In this document: one piece after another, positions 49,241 through 57,516 of the stretch | How positions within the stretch are numbered: position 1 is the stretch's first letter | How the letters are laid out: each line of letters begins with the position of its first letter | Source: Nibricoccus sp. | Lineage (GTDB): Bacteria; Verrucomicrobiota; Verrucomicrobiia; Opitutales; Opitutaceae | Assembly: GCA_047602425.1 (NCBI GenBank) | Contig: JASGHG010000001.1 | Location: forward strand, 4,576,001 to 4,640,000 | Direction of reading: 5' to 3' | DNA length: 64,000 nt | Position numbers and translations under genes: made by a program | Notes under the pieces: generated by a model | Told to the model about the DNA's origin: nothing | Database searches by the model: none | What the model saw: only the letters and a program-made list of their open reading frames with translations

Positions 49241-50428
49241 TTACTCGAAGGAGAAGTGCGGCTCGACCTCGGCATCGTAGTTGATGCCAGGAATGCCGAA
49301 CCCGAACAGCTTCAGGAAGTCGGCGCGGTAGCCTTCCATGTCGGTAAGGGAGTACAGCGTCTCGGTCGTGATTTGCGGCCAGATCCGTTTCACCTCGTCC
49401 TGAATTTCGGGACGCATTTCCCAATCGTCGACACGCACGCGGCCGGCTTCGTCGAAATTGAGCGAGCAACCGTTGTACATCTGGGTCGCGAAGAGCCGTT
49501 GAATCTGCTCAATGCAGCCCTCGTGAGTGCCCTTGGCTTTCATGAGCTTGAAGAGCACGCCAATATAAAGCGGAACCACCGGTATCGCGGAACTGGCCTG
49601 GGTGACCAGGGCTTTGTTGATCGAGACGAAAGCGCGGCCGTAACCTTCAACTTTGAGTATCGCGTCGATGCGCTTGGCGGCCTTTTCGAGATCGATTTTG
49701 GCCATGCCGATGGTGCCATTTTTGTAGATATCCCAAGTGACTTCGGGCCCGATGTAGGAGTAGGCGACGGAGGTGGCGCCGGGGGCGATCAACTTGGCAT
49801 CGGCAAGAGCCTGGATCCACATTTCCCAATCCTCGCCGCCCATCACGGCGATGGTATCCGCAATTTCCTCTTCGGCGGCCGGTTCAATCGTGGTCATGCT
49901 GACGACGCCTGTGTCGGTATCGACCGTCTTGTTCGTGTAGGGCTTGCCGATGGGTTTGAGCGCGGACTTGTGGACCGTGCCCGTGTACGGATGGGTGCGC
50001 CTTGGTGAAGCTAGCGAGTAGACAATGAGATCGACTGGTCCCACATCGCGTTTGAGGAGTTCGATTGTCTGCTTCTTGATATCGAGAGAAAAGGCGTCGC
50101 CGTTGATATTCCCGGCATAGAGACCGGCAGCCCGGGCTTTCTGGGTGAAGGCGTAGCTGTTGTACCAGCCCGGCGTGGCGGGACGTTCGACATCGGACGG
50201 GCGTTCGTAGAAAACACCGACGGTGGCAGCACCGGAGCCAAAGGCAGCGGCAATGCGCGAGGAAAGGCCGTAACCGGTGGACGCCCCGATCACGAGGACC
50301 TTTTTAGGGCCGTTTTTAATCGGGCCTTTGCTCTTCACGTAATCGATTTGCTCCTGCACATGGGCAGCGCATCCGGTGGGATGAGCTGAAACACATACGA
50401 AGCCGCGAACTCTGGGTTTAATGACCAT
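49241..50428 (-). CDS. fabV: Enoyl-ACP reductase FabV / trans-2-enoyl-CoA reductase
   Basis: GASTGYGLSSRI, YSLASPRR, VMGGEDW, Y-x8-K (YKNGTIGMAK), LVTQASSAIP. Confidence 0.95.
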   Translation of the reverse strand: MVIKPRVRGFVCVSAHPTGCAAHVQEQIDYVKSKGPIKNGPKKVLVIGASTGYGLSSRIAAAFGSGAATVGVFYERPSDVERPATPGWYNSYAFTQKARAAGLYAGNINGDAFSLDIKKQTIELLKRDVGPVDLIVYSLASPRRTHPYTGTVHKSALKPIGKPYTNKTVDTDTGVVSMTTIEPAAEEEIADTIAVMGGEDWEMWIQALADAKLIAPGATSVAYSYIGPEVTWDIYKNGTIGMAKIDLEKAAKRIDAILKVEGYGRAFVSINKALVTQASSAIPVVPLYIGVLFKLMKAKGTHEGCIEQIQRLFATQMYNGCSLNFDEAGRVRVDDWEMRPEIQDEVKRIWPQITTETLYSLTDMEGYRADFLKLFGFGIPGINYDAEVEPHFSFE

Positions 50429-50587
50429 GGAACGATTTAAGTTAGAATGAATCGTACAGCGTCGAGTAAAGATTTCCATCTGGCGATAAGTTTTTTGCCC
50501 ACGAAAGGATGGGAAACTTATAGGCCGCCGGCATGACAGTAGGCCGGCTAACGTCATTTTTGGCTGGTTAAGCCACTTCCCGACAAA

Positions 50588-51202
50588 TTATTGCGGCGCC
50601 CCGCTCATGAGAGTCGGGCCCGTGGGCGCGCCGGTGTTGTCTTTTCGCTCGCGGGTCACTGTGAAGCGAACGGCGAGACCCAGCGGTTTGGCGGATTTAA
50701 ATTCCACCTTGGTCGAGCGTCCGGGACCGGGGGTAATAACACCTGCGCTGACGGGGCCGGAGTTTTTTTCTTCCAGCCAGAGGCGCAGTTCTTCGTCGTC
50801 TCGGGTTGTGGGCAATTGCTCGGCGAAAAGCAGACCGGCTTGCCGCGCGGGGAGCCAGGTCACCAGGGCAGTTGGACCGAGCGAACCGGCTTCAGGTGGT
50901 GTGAGGTGGGCGAAAACGAGCGTCTCGGTCTTAGGCGCATTGTTAGTGAGGCTGGCAATCTGGCGTTCGGCCAGAATGCGCTCGGCAAAGAGTTGGTTCT
51001 TTAGCGATTTGATTTCCACCTGGGCCATTTCGGTGCTGTTGCGCTCCAATTTAACCTGGGCAGCGAGCGTCATTTGCTGGAAGTAAAAGTATGCGGCGAG
51101 CAGCATCCCCACGAAGGCGGTGATCCATCCGACTTTGCTCATTGCGGCTGAGGGCGTTGGCGCGGGCAGGCGATGCGGATTGGAAGGATCGGCGGGAAGC
51201 AT
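50588..51202 (-). CDS. RskA-like anti-sigma C-terminal domain protein with a very short cytoplasmic N-terminus
   Basis: TM, coiled coil, then W..GLL..LP..LWL..PVSAG..FTVTRE..PTGP pattern. Confidence 0.75.
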   Translation of the reverse strand: MLPADPSNPHRLPAPTPSAAMSKVGWITAFVGMLLAAYFYFQQMTLAAQVKLERNSTEMAQVEIKSLKNQLFAERILAERQIASLTNNAPKTETLVFAHLTPPEAGSLGPTALVTWLPARQAGLLFAEQLPTTRDDEELRLWLEEKNSGPVSAGVITPGPGRSTKVEFKSAKPLGLAVRFTVTRERKDNTGAPTGPTLMSGAPQ

Positions 51203-51217
51203 GGAGAAGTAGGTGTT

Positions 51218-51310
51218 CTATAGTACACACCAACCGATAAGGCCCAGAACCAGCAGAAGGGCCAGCCACGTGAGCGTCCTTTTTTCCCGGGAGGTGAGGC
51301 TGAAAAGCAT
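51218..51310 (-). CDS. Unannotated 30-aa single-TM peptide MLFSLTSREKRTLTWLALLLVLGLIGWCVL
   Basis: ATG 51310 to TAG 51218; fills the exosortase/rskA gap (18 and 15 nt spacers); A-rich leader. Confidence 0.7.
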   Translation of the reverse strand: MLFSLTSREKRTLTWLALLLVLGLIGWCVL

Positions 51311-51328
51311 GGTATTTTTTGGATGTGT

Positions 51329-53011
51329 TTAAAGACCGAAAGGGGCAAGTCTTGTAAAGATTTCCTGCAAGATCGGCTCATGGGCGATTTTCTCAAGCGG
51401 CTGGCTGCTAACCACCCGTACAAACAGTTGTTCCCCCTCGCGATGAAAACCGTAACGCCACGCTAGAAGTAAAAGCTGTTTTGGAGACCGTACGTCCGAC
51501 ACATGGATCACGCGGCCGTCGTAAATGTGCCAATACCAGACATACCGCGTATAACCTTGCAGACCGAAAACCCGTTTTTCGGCTTTGGCAAAAGGGTTGT
51601 TCGCCAGAAAGCCATCTGCGTCCTCCTTGCGCGCGGTCGTCTCGACAGAGTCCTTAACTTGGCGTTCTATCACCCAACCTGCACCGGGAAAGCAGGCGTC
51701 GGGTGTGTGTGTCGCCACGACACTGACCGGAGCCGTGCCGGCCGGCCAGTAGGCGAGGTAGACCGAGAGTTCCTGAATTTCGCCGCCCGCGGGATTTGGT
51801 CGCTGATAGGTGGTTTGGGCGAGGAACGTGGTCTGCAATTGCGACGTGAAACGATACAACTCTTGATCGGGGTGCGCCGACCAACCGGCATAGTCCGAGG
51901 GGAGCAAAGCCGAAAGGTTCGGCGCGGCACGGCCAGCCGTCGTCGCAGGGCGCAGGTTGAGGAGCAGAATCCCGATGACAACCGCGGCTAGAAAAATCCC
52001 ACCCACAACAATCCGTTGGGGCCACAAGGCGGTCGTTGCGACTGGACGCGCTTTTATGTCGCTCGCGCCTTGTCGTGGCTTTTCGGATACAGCGCTGCCG
52101 CGTCGGTCCAACCACAACGCAAGTCCCGCGAGCAACGCGGCGGTCACGCCAATCACGCCATATCCGGTGACGTCGTGCCAAAGACCTGTAATTGCCACGC
52201 CGTTATGGGCGAGCAAGGTGAGAATGAACGAGCGCACAACGTTCATGAGGATCGCCAGTGGCCCGGCCAGCGCAACGATCGCGACCCGGGGCCAGACGCG
52301 GCGAACCAAAGTCGCCGACAAGAACAGCCCCGTGTACACACATGACAAAAGGCTGCGCACACCGCTGCATGCCTCCTCGACGCCGACGGTCACGTCGGTG
52401 AGTTGGAGAATGTTGCCCTGTTTCACGGCGGCGATTCCGCAAAGATGCAGCAAATTCAACACGGTACTCGTGACAAAACCTTGCAGGCTTTGCGTGAGAG
52501 TGGCGTAGGTTCCCGGCGGCATCGGCATGCTCAGCAACCAGAGAAAAATGGCTGCTGCCGCCGGCCAGTTGAAGGGCAACTGTCGCACGCGTTCGTCGGC
52601 GCAGGTGAGCCAGATTGCGCAGAAAAAAGCACACAGCGCCCCGATCATCATCAACACCACCAGCGCATGCGTCCACTCAAGCACCGCCATATAAAGGGCT
52701 CCGAGCGCGAGCAATCCCACGCCGCATACCACGCACAAACTCACGGCCGCCAGATGCCACGGTCCGGAAGTCAAGAAACGCATTTCACCCCGCGTACGCG
52801 CCTCGTGTATGAGTAAAATGAATACCAAGGGCATGAACCAGCCATGCGGGAGGTCCGGGTTGTGACGCCATTGCGGCAACAAAAACAGAGCCGCGCCCAA
52901 GGCGAGCGCTGCCGCCAGAGCGAAATTCAACCAGCCGATCTTGCCGAGACGTGTCGCCGGAAAGGAATCAGCTGGCGGAGAACCGGAAGAAGTGTCGGGG
53001 CGAATGCTCAA
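51329..53011 (-). CDS. Exosortase/archaeosortase family protein fused to an EpsI-like domain
   Basis: Catalytic triad VEEACSG (Cys), NVVR (Arg), WHD (His); C-terminal HTPDACFPGAGW. Confidence 0.92.
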   Translation of the reverse strand: MSIRPDTSSGSPPADSFPATRLGKIGWLNFALAAALALGAALFLLPQWRHNPDLPHGWFMPLVFILLIHEARTRGEMRFLTSGPWHLAAVSLCVVCGVGLLALGALYMAVLEWTHALVVLMMIGALCAFFCAIWLTCADERVRQLPFNWPAAAAIFLWLLSMPMPPGTYATLTQSLQGFVTSTVLNLLHLCGIAAVKQGNILQLTDVTVGVEEACSGVRSLLSCVYTGLFLSATLVRRVWPRVAIVALAGPLAILMNVVRSFILTLLAHNGVAITGLWHDVTGYGVIGVTAALLAGLALWLDRRGSAVSEKPRQGASDIKARPVATTALWPQRIVVGGIFLAAVVIGILLLNLRPATTAGRAAPNLSALLPSDYAGWSAHPDQELYRFTSQLQTTFLAQTTYQRPNPAGGEIQELSVYLAYWPAGTAPVSVVATHTPDACFPGAGWVIERQVKDSVETTARKEDADGFLANNPFAKAEKRVFGLQGYTRYVWYWHIYDGRVIHVSDVRSPKQLLLLAWRYGFHREGEQLFVRVVSSQPLEKIAHEPILQEIFTRLAPFGL

Positions 53012-53149
53012 GCGGGGATATCGTGGTTAACTTAATGACCTACCGGCTATTCGCCAGCAATGTGAAATCTCCGCGACCCTTCGATAAAAAGCGTTGCGAC
53101 CGGTGGCGAAATGGAAACTGCGGGTTAAGAATAGCGTCACATTACCGCT

Positions 53150-53770
53150 ATGAAAAACTCGATCCGACTCCTCCTCGCCCTCGTGGCCGCGTTTGCCGGC
53201 CTCACTGTCCAAACCCTCAGAGCCGGTGTCGAAATCGGCCAGCCCGCGCCTGATTTCACGCTGACCGATCTCGACGGCAAAACCCACAAGCTTTCAGACC
53301 TCAAGGGCAAGACGGTCGTGCTCGAATGGCACAATCCCAACTGCCCCTTTGTGAAGAAACACTACGAAAAGAGCGGCAACATTCCCGCCACGCAGAAGGC
53401 CGCTACTGCCGATGGCGTCGTCTGGCTGACGATCAATTCGGGCGCTCCTGGCAAGGAAGGCGCGGACTTCACCGCGGCCCAAACCAAGGAATATCTCCAG
53501 AAAAACAACGCTGCGACCACCGCTTACATGCATGACCGCGACGGCAAGGTCGGCCACCTTTACGGAGCCAAGACCACTCCTCAGATTTACGTGATCGATG
53601 CAAAGGGTACGCTCGTTTACAACGGCGCGATCGATAGCATTCGTTCCAGCAATGCCGAGGACATCGCCAAGGCCACCAATTACGCCACAGCCGCGCTCGC
53701 CTCCGTGAAGGCCGGCAAGCCGGTCGAGAAGGCGACCTCAGAGCCTTATGGCTGCTCGGTGAAATATTGA
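53150..53770 (+). CDS. Secreted redoxin/thioredoxin-like protein (AhpC/TSA fold)
   Basis: APDFTLTD, EWHNPNCPFV, YGAKTTP, YGCSVKY. Confidence 0.9.
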   Translation: MKNSIRLLLALVAAFAGLTVQTLRAGVEIGQPAPDFTLTDLDGKTHKLSDLKGKTVVLEWHNPNCPFVKKHYEKSGNIPATQKAATADGVVWLTINSGAPGKEGADFTAAQTKEYLQKNNAATTAYMHDRDGKVGHLYGAKTTPQIYVIDAKGTLVYNGAIDSIRSSNAEDIAKATNYATAALASVKAGKPVEKATSEPYGCSVKY

Positions 53771-53812
53771 ACCGACTGATCAGTCCCGATTTCGCGCCAG
53801 GCGAAACAAAGC

Positions 53813-53841
53813 AAAAGCCCGCCAAATTCGGCGGGCTTTTT
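53813..53841. terminator. Bidirectional terminator between redoxin gene and leuB
   Basis: aaaagcccgcc / ggcgggctttt with A and T tracts. Confidence 0.88.
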
Positions 53842-53885
53842 GTTTACACGGATGGAAGCGAAAGCGAGCGCGGTGCTTTTGGGAA

Positions 53886-54986
53886 TCAGAGATTCTTGAT
53901 GATCGCGTCGGCCATCGCTTTGGTTCCAACCGCTGGTTTGCCAAAGGCGATATCGCCGGTGCGCACGCCGTCGATGGTGACTGTCTTGCGGACAGCTGCT
54001 TCGATTTTAGTTGCGACCGCGTCGAGGCCGAAGCTGTAGCGCAACATGAGGGCCGAGGAGAGAACCTGCGCACAGGGATTGGCGACGCCTTTGCCGGCAA
54101 TGTCCGGCGCGGTGCCGCCCGCGGGTTCGAAGAGGCCGTAGGCGCGGCCGTGGGAGTTTTTGCCCGTGCCGAGCGACGCGGAGCTCATCATGCCGAGCGA
54201 ACCGCAAATCACGGCCATCTCATCGGAGAGAATATCGCCGAACATGTTTTCGGTAAATAGGACGTCGAACTGGTTTGGGTCGCGCGCGAGTTGCATCGCC
54301 GCGTTGTCGACGTACATGTGCGAAAGCGCGATATCGGGATGGTTTTTCGCGAAATATGCCGTCACGGTTTTTCGCCAGAGCACGGAAGTTTCGAGAACGT
54401 TGGCCTTGTCCACGGAACACACTTTCTTGCTGCGGGAACGAGCGGTTTGCGCGGCAGCCTCGGCGATGCGTTCGATTTCGGAGGTCTTGTAGACCATCGT
54501 GTCGGTGGCCTGTTGTTCGCCATTTTCGAGCGTGACGGTCGATTTCGCGCCGAAGTAAATGCCGCCGGTCAATTCACGGATGCAGACGATGTCGATGCCG
54601 TTGGGGATGCGTTCGGTTTTGAGCGGCGAGGCATCGCGCAGATCCGAATACAGCAGGCCGGGACGGATATTGGCGAAAAGGTTGAAGGCCTTTCGGAGCG
54701 GCAGAAGTGCGGCACGCTCGGGCTGTTCCTTGGGGGGAAGTTTTTCCCACTTCGGTCCGCCCACGGAACCAAAGAGGATCGCGTCGGCTTGCTGGCAAAG
54801 CGCGAGCGTGGAGTCGGGGAGCGCCTTGCCATGGTTGTCGATGCCGGCGCCGCCGACGTCGGCGATTTTATAGTCGAGGGTGAGACCCTCTTTTTTTGCC
54901 ACGTGGTCGAGCACGCGCAGGGCTTCGGTCATGACTTCGGGCCCGATGTAGTCACCGGGAAGGACGGCAAATTTAAGTGTCGGCAT
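53886..54986 (-). CDS. leuB: 3-isopropylmalate dehydrogenase
   Basis: LPGDYIGPEV, GSVGGPKW, RELTGGIYFG, DKANVL, NMFGDILSD, EPAGGTAPDIAG. Confidence 0.98.
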   Translation of the reverse strand: MPTLKFAVLPGDYIGPEVMTEALRVLDHVAKKEGLTLDYKIADVGGAGIDNHGKALPDSTLALCQQADAILFGSVGGPKWEKLPPKEQPERAALLPLRKAFNLFANIRPGLLYSDLRDASPLKTERIPNGIDIVCIRELTGGIYFGAKSTVTLENGEQQATDTMVYKTSEIERIAEAAAQTARSRSKKVCSVDKANVLETSVLWRKTVTAYFAKNHPDIALSHMYVDNAAMQLARDPNQFDVLFTENMFGDILSDEMAVICGSLGMMSSASLGTGKNSHGRAYGLFEPAGGTAPDIAGKGVANPCAQVLSSALMLRYSFGLDAVATKIEAAVRKTVTIDGVRTGDIAFGKPAVGTKAMADAIIKNL

Positions 54987-55078
54987 GGGAAAAGATACAG
55001 ACGTAGCGGGCTGGCGGGGCGGAGGGAAGGGAATTTTCACGGTTGCACGGCGGCGTTTTCCGAATGGATTGGTTGTAG

Positions 55079-55738
55079 ATGAAGATTCACGTCCTGCCAG
55101 CCGGGCCTATCCAGACCAATGCCTATCTCCTGACTGCGCCCGAACGGGGTGAAGCGGTGTTGATTGACGCGCCGGGCGATATTTGGGCGGAAATAGAACC
55201 GCTTCTCAATGACTCAAAGTGCAAACTGACCGAACTGTGGCTGACGCATGGACATTGGGACCACATGCAGGGCGGCGCGGAAGTCGTGGAAAAGACCGGT
55301 GCGAAAGTCCGCGCCCACAAGGATGATCAAATGATGATCGAGAACCCCGAAATCATGAAACGCTTCATGGGTGAAGATCTCGGGTTAAGGCCGGTGAAGG
55401 TCGATATTTGGGTGGCGCAAGGCGACAAGTTCCCCGCGCTTGGAGTGGAGGTCGAGGTTCGGCATGTGCCGGGCCACTGTCCGGGCAACGTGCTCTTTTA
55501 TTTCGCCGGCAACAAAACCACGAAGGCCGCCGGTGCGGCTTTTGTCGGTGACGCGTTGTTTGCGGGCAGCGTGGGACGGACGGATTTACCGGGTGGTAGT
55601 TTCGAGCAATTGGACCAATCGATCCGCGAACAAATTTATACCTTGCCCGATGATACGATTGTTTTTCCCGGGCACGGCCCGCGCACCGCGGTGAGAAACG
55701 AAAAACAAAGCAACCCCTACGTCTACGTCCGGGCATGA
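55079..55738 (+). CDS. MBL-fold metallo-hydrolase (glyoxalase II/YcbL-like)
   Basis: THGHWDH, PGHCPG, GDALF, GRTDLPGG, PGHG. Confidence 0.93.
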   Translation: MKIHVLPAGPIQTNAYLLTAPERGEAVLIDAPGDIWAEIEPLLNDSKCKLTELWLTHGHWDHMQGGAEVVEKTGAKVRAHKDDQMMIENPEIMKRFMGEDLGLRPVKVDIWVAQGDKFPALGVEVEVRHVPGHCPGNVLFYFAGNKTTKAAGAAFVGDALFAGSVGRTDLPGGSFEQLDQSIREQIYTLPDDTIVFPGHGPRTAVRNEKQSNPYVYVRA

Positions 55739-56889
55739 ACTCGCAAGAACATTACATGCGACGAGCTTTGGAGCTGGCACGCCAAGGCTGGGGAGCCACG
55801 CATCCAAACCCTCTGGTGGGTGCTGTGGTGGTTGAGGACGGAAAAATCGTGGCGGAAGGTTTTCACGCAAAAGACGGCGGGGCGCACGCGGAAAAAGCCG
55901 CACTGGCCGCGCTCGGCCGCAAGGCGAAACCCGGTGCCACGTTGTTCGTTACATTGGAGCCATGCTCAACCGAGGGGCGGACCGGAGCCTGCACGGACGC
56001 GATCAAAGCCGCCGGCATCTCCACTGTCGTAATTGGCGCGACCGACCCAAATCCGGCGCATGCAGGACGCGCCTTCACAGTCCTCCGTGAGGCCGGCATC
56101 GACATCGTGACCGGCGTGTTGGAACGCGACTGTGTCGATCTAAATCTTATCTACAACCACTGGGCGGCCAAGAACACGCCGCTGCTTGCAGCAAAATCGG
56201 CAATCACGCTTGACGGTAAAATTGCCACGCGCATGGGGGAATCCAAGTGGATTACGGGTGAAGTGGCGCGGGCCGACGTCATGCAATGGCGGCGGCTTTT
56301 TCCTGCGATCGCAGTCGGCGCCGGCACGGTCATGAAGGACAATCCCAAGCTGACCGCGCGCATCGACGGACAGGAGGAATGGAGTCCAGTGCGTTTCGTA
56401 TTCGACGGTTTGCTGCGCAGCGTGAGTGAAAAAAACTGGCCTCAAGTTTTTACCGACGCGTTTCGCGAACGAACGATTGTTGTTACAACGCCGCACGGAG
56501 GCATCGGCTACGTGCGAAAACTTCGCGACCTCGGCGTGCAAGTCTGGGAGCTCCCGTCGCCGACGCAGCGCGTGAACATCGCCGATTTTCGAAAAAAGTG
56601 CGTCGAAGAAAAGATCACCGGCGTGTATTTCGAAGGAGGCGCGCATTTGGTGAGCGAACTATTGGCGATGCGCGAATTGGATTACATGTTTGTTTATCGC
56701 GCACCCGTGCTGCTTGCCGACGACAAGGCCAAAAGCGCATATCTCGGTCTGCGCGGCGAAAAACTCGAACACGCCGTGCGGCTTTCCGATGTGCGTCACG
56801 CGCACTTGGGAGATGACCAGCTTATGCGCGGTCACGTCGTCTATCCGCCCAAATTACACATTGATGAAGCTGTATTTAGCCTCGGGTAA
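55735..56889 (+). CDS. ribD: Riboflavin biosynthesis deaminase/reductase
   Basis: PNPLVGAV, HAE, TLEPC..C, TLDGKIA, EGG. Confidence 0.97.
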   Translation: MNSQEHYMRRALELARQGWGATHPNPLVGAVVVEDGKIVAEGFHAKDGGAHAEKAALAALGRKAKPGATLFVTLEPCSTEGRTGACTDAIKAAGISTVVIGATDPNPAHAGRAFTVLREAGIDIVTGVLERDCVDLNLIYNHWAAKNTPLLAAKSAITLDGKIATRMGESKWITGEVARADVMQWRRLFPAIAVGAGTVMKDNPKLTARIDGQEEWSPVRFVFDGLLRSVSEKNWPQVFTDAFRERTIVVTTPHGGIGYVRKLRDLGVQVWELPSPTQRVNIADFRKKCVEEKITGVYFEGGAHLVSELLAMRELDYMFVYRAPVLLADDKAKSAYLGLRGEKLEHAVRLSDVRHAHLGDDQLMRGHVVYPPKLHIDEAVFSLG

Positions 56890-57502
56890 CGCGCATAAAG
56901 TCCAGGAATTTCAGGCCCTGGCCAATGCAAGCGGTTTGGCGCTGGAAATCGTTTCGGCTAAAGCCGTCGGCGGCATGCCGGACGTGGTTGAAGACGCAGG
57001 CACCTTTGTTGGCAATGCGACCAAAAAAGCGCGTGCCCTCAAAGCGATCCTTCCGCCCGAGGCATGGGTGCTGGCCGATGACAGCGGTCTATGCGTCGAT
57101 GCCCTTGGTGGCGCTCCGGGCGTGGAATCGGCCTACTACGCGGGGCCGCAAGGCGACAGCGCCGCGAATCTAGCCAAGCTCGTGCAAGCGATGCGGGATG
57201 TCCCAAACGAAAACCGCGGCGCGCACTTTGTTTGTGTGTTGTTGTTGATCGACGGGGAAGGACGCGAACACGTCTTCGAAGGCCGCTGCGACGGCGACCT
57301 CCTGCGCGAACCCCGAGGTGGCAAAGGCTTTGGTTACGACCCCTTGTTCGTCCCAATGGGCCAGGAAAAAAGCCTCGCCGAAATCGACGAGGCTTCGAAA
57401 AACAAACTCAGCCACCGGGGGCGGACCGCCAGCCAATTATTCACGATAGTCCGTTCCAAAGCGCGACAAGAAAAAAGCGCCCCTGATTTTGGGGCGCTTT
57501 GA
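56864..57502 (+). CDS. rdgB: Non-canonical purine NTP pyrophosphatase (RdgB/HAM1)
   Basis: LASGNAHK, ADDSGL, GFGYDPLF, KNKLSHRG; overlaps ribD by 26 nt. Confidence 0.96.
   Translation: MKLYLASGNAHKVQEFQALANASGLALEIVSAKAVGGMPDVVEDAGTFVGNATKKARALKAILPPEAWVLADDSGLCVDALGGAPGVESAYYAGPQGDSAANLAKLVQAMRDVPNENRGAHFVCVLLLIDGEGREHVFEGRCDGDLLREPRGGKGFGYDPLFVPMGQEKSLAEIDEASKNKLSHRGRTASQLFTIVRSKARQEKSAPDFGAL
57471..57500 (-). terminator. Terminator of the pilin-like cassette, inside the rdgB 3' end
   Basis: aaagcgcccc / ggggcgcttt with A6 (T6 on the minus strand). Confidence 0.8.
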
Positions 57503-57516
57503 AAGACATTCAGACT

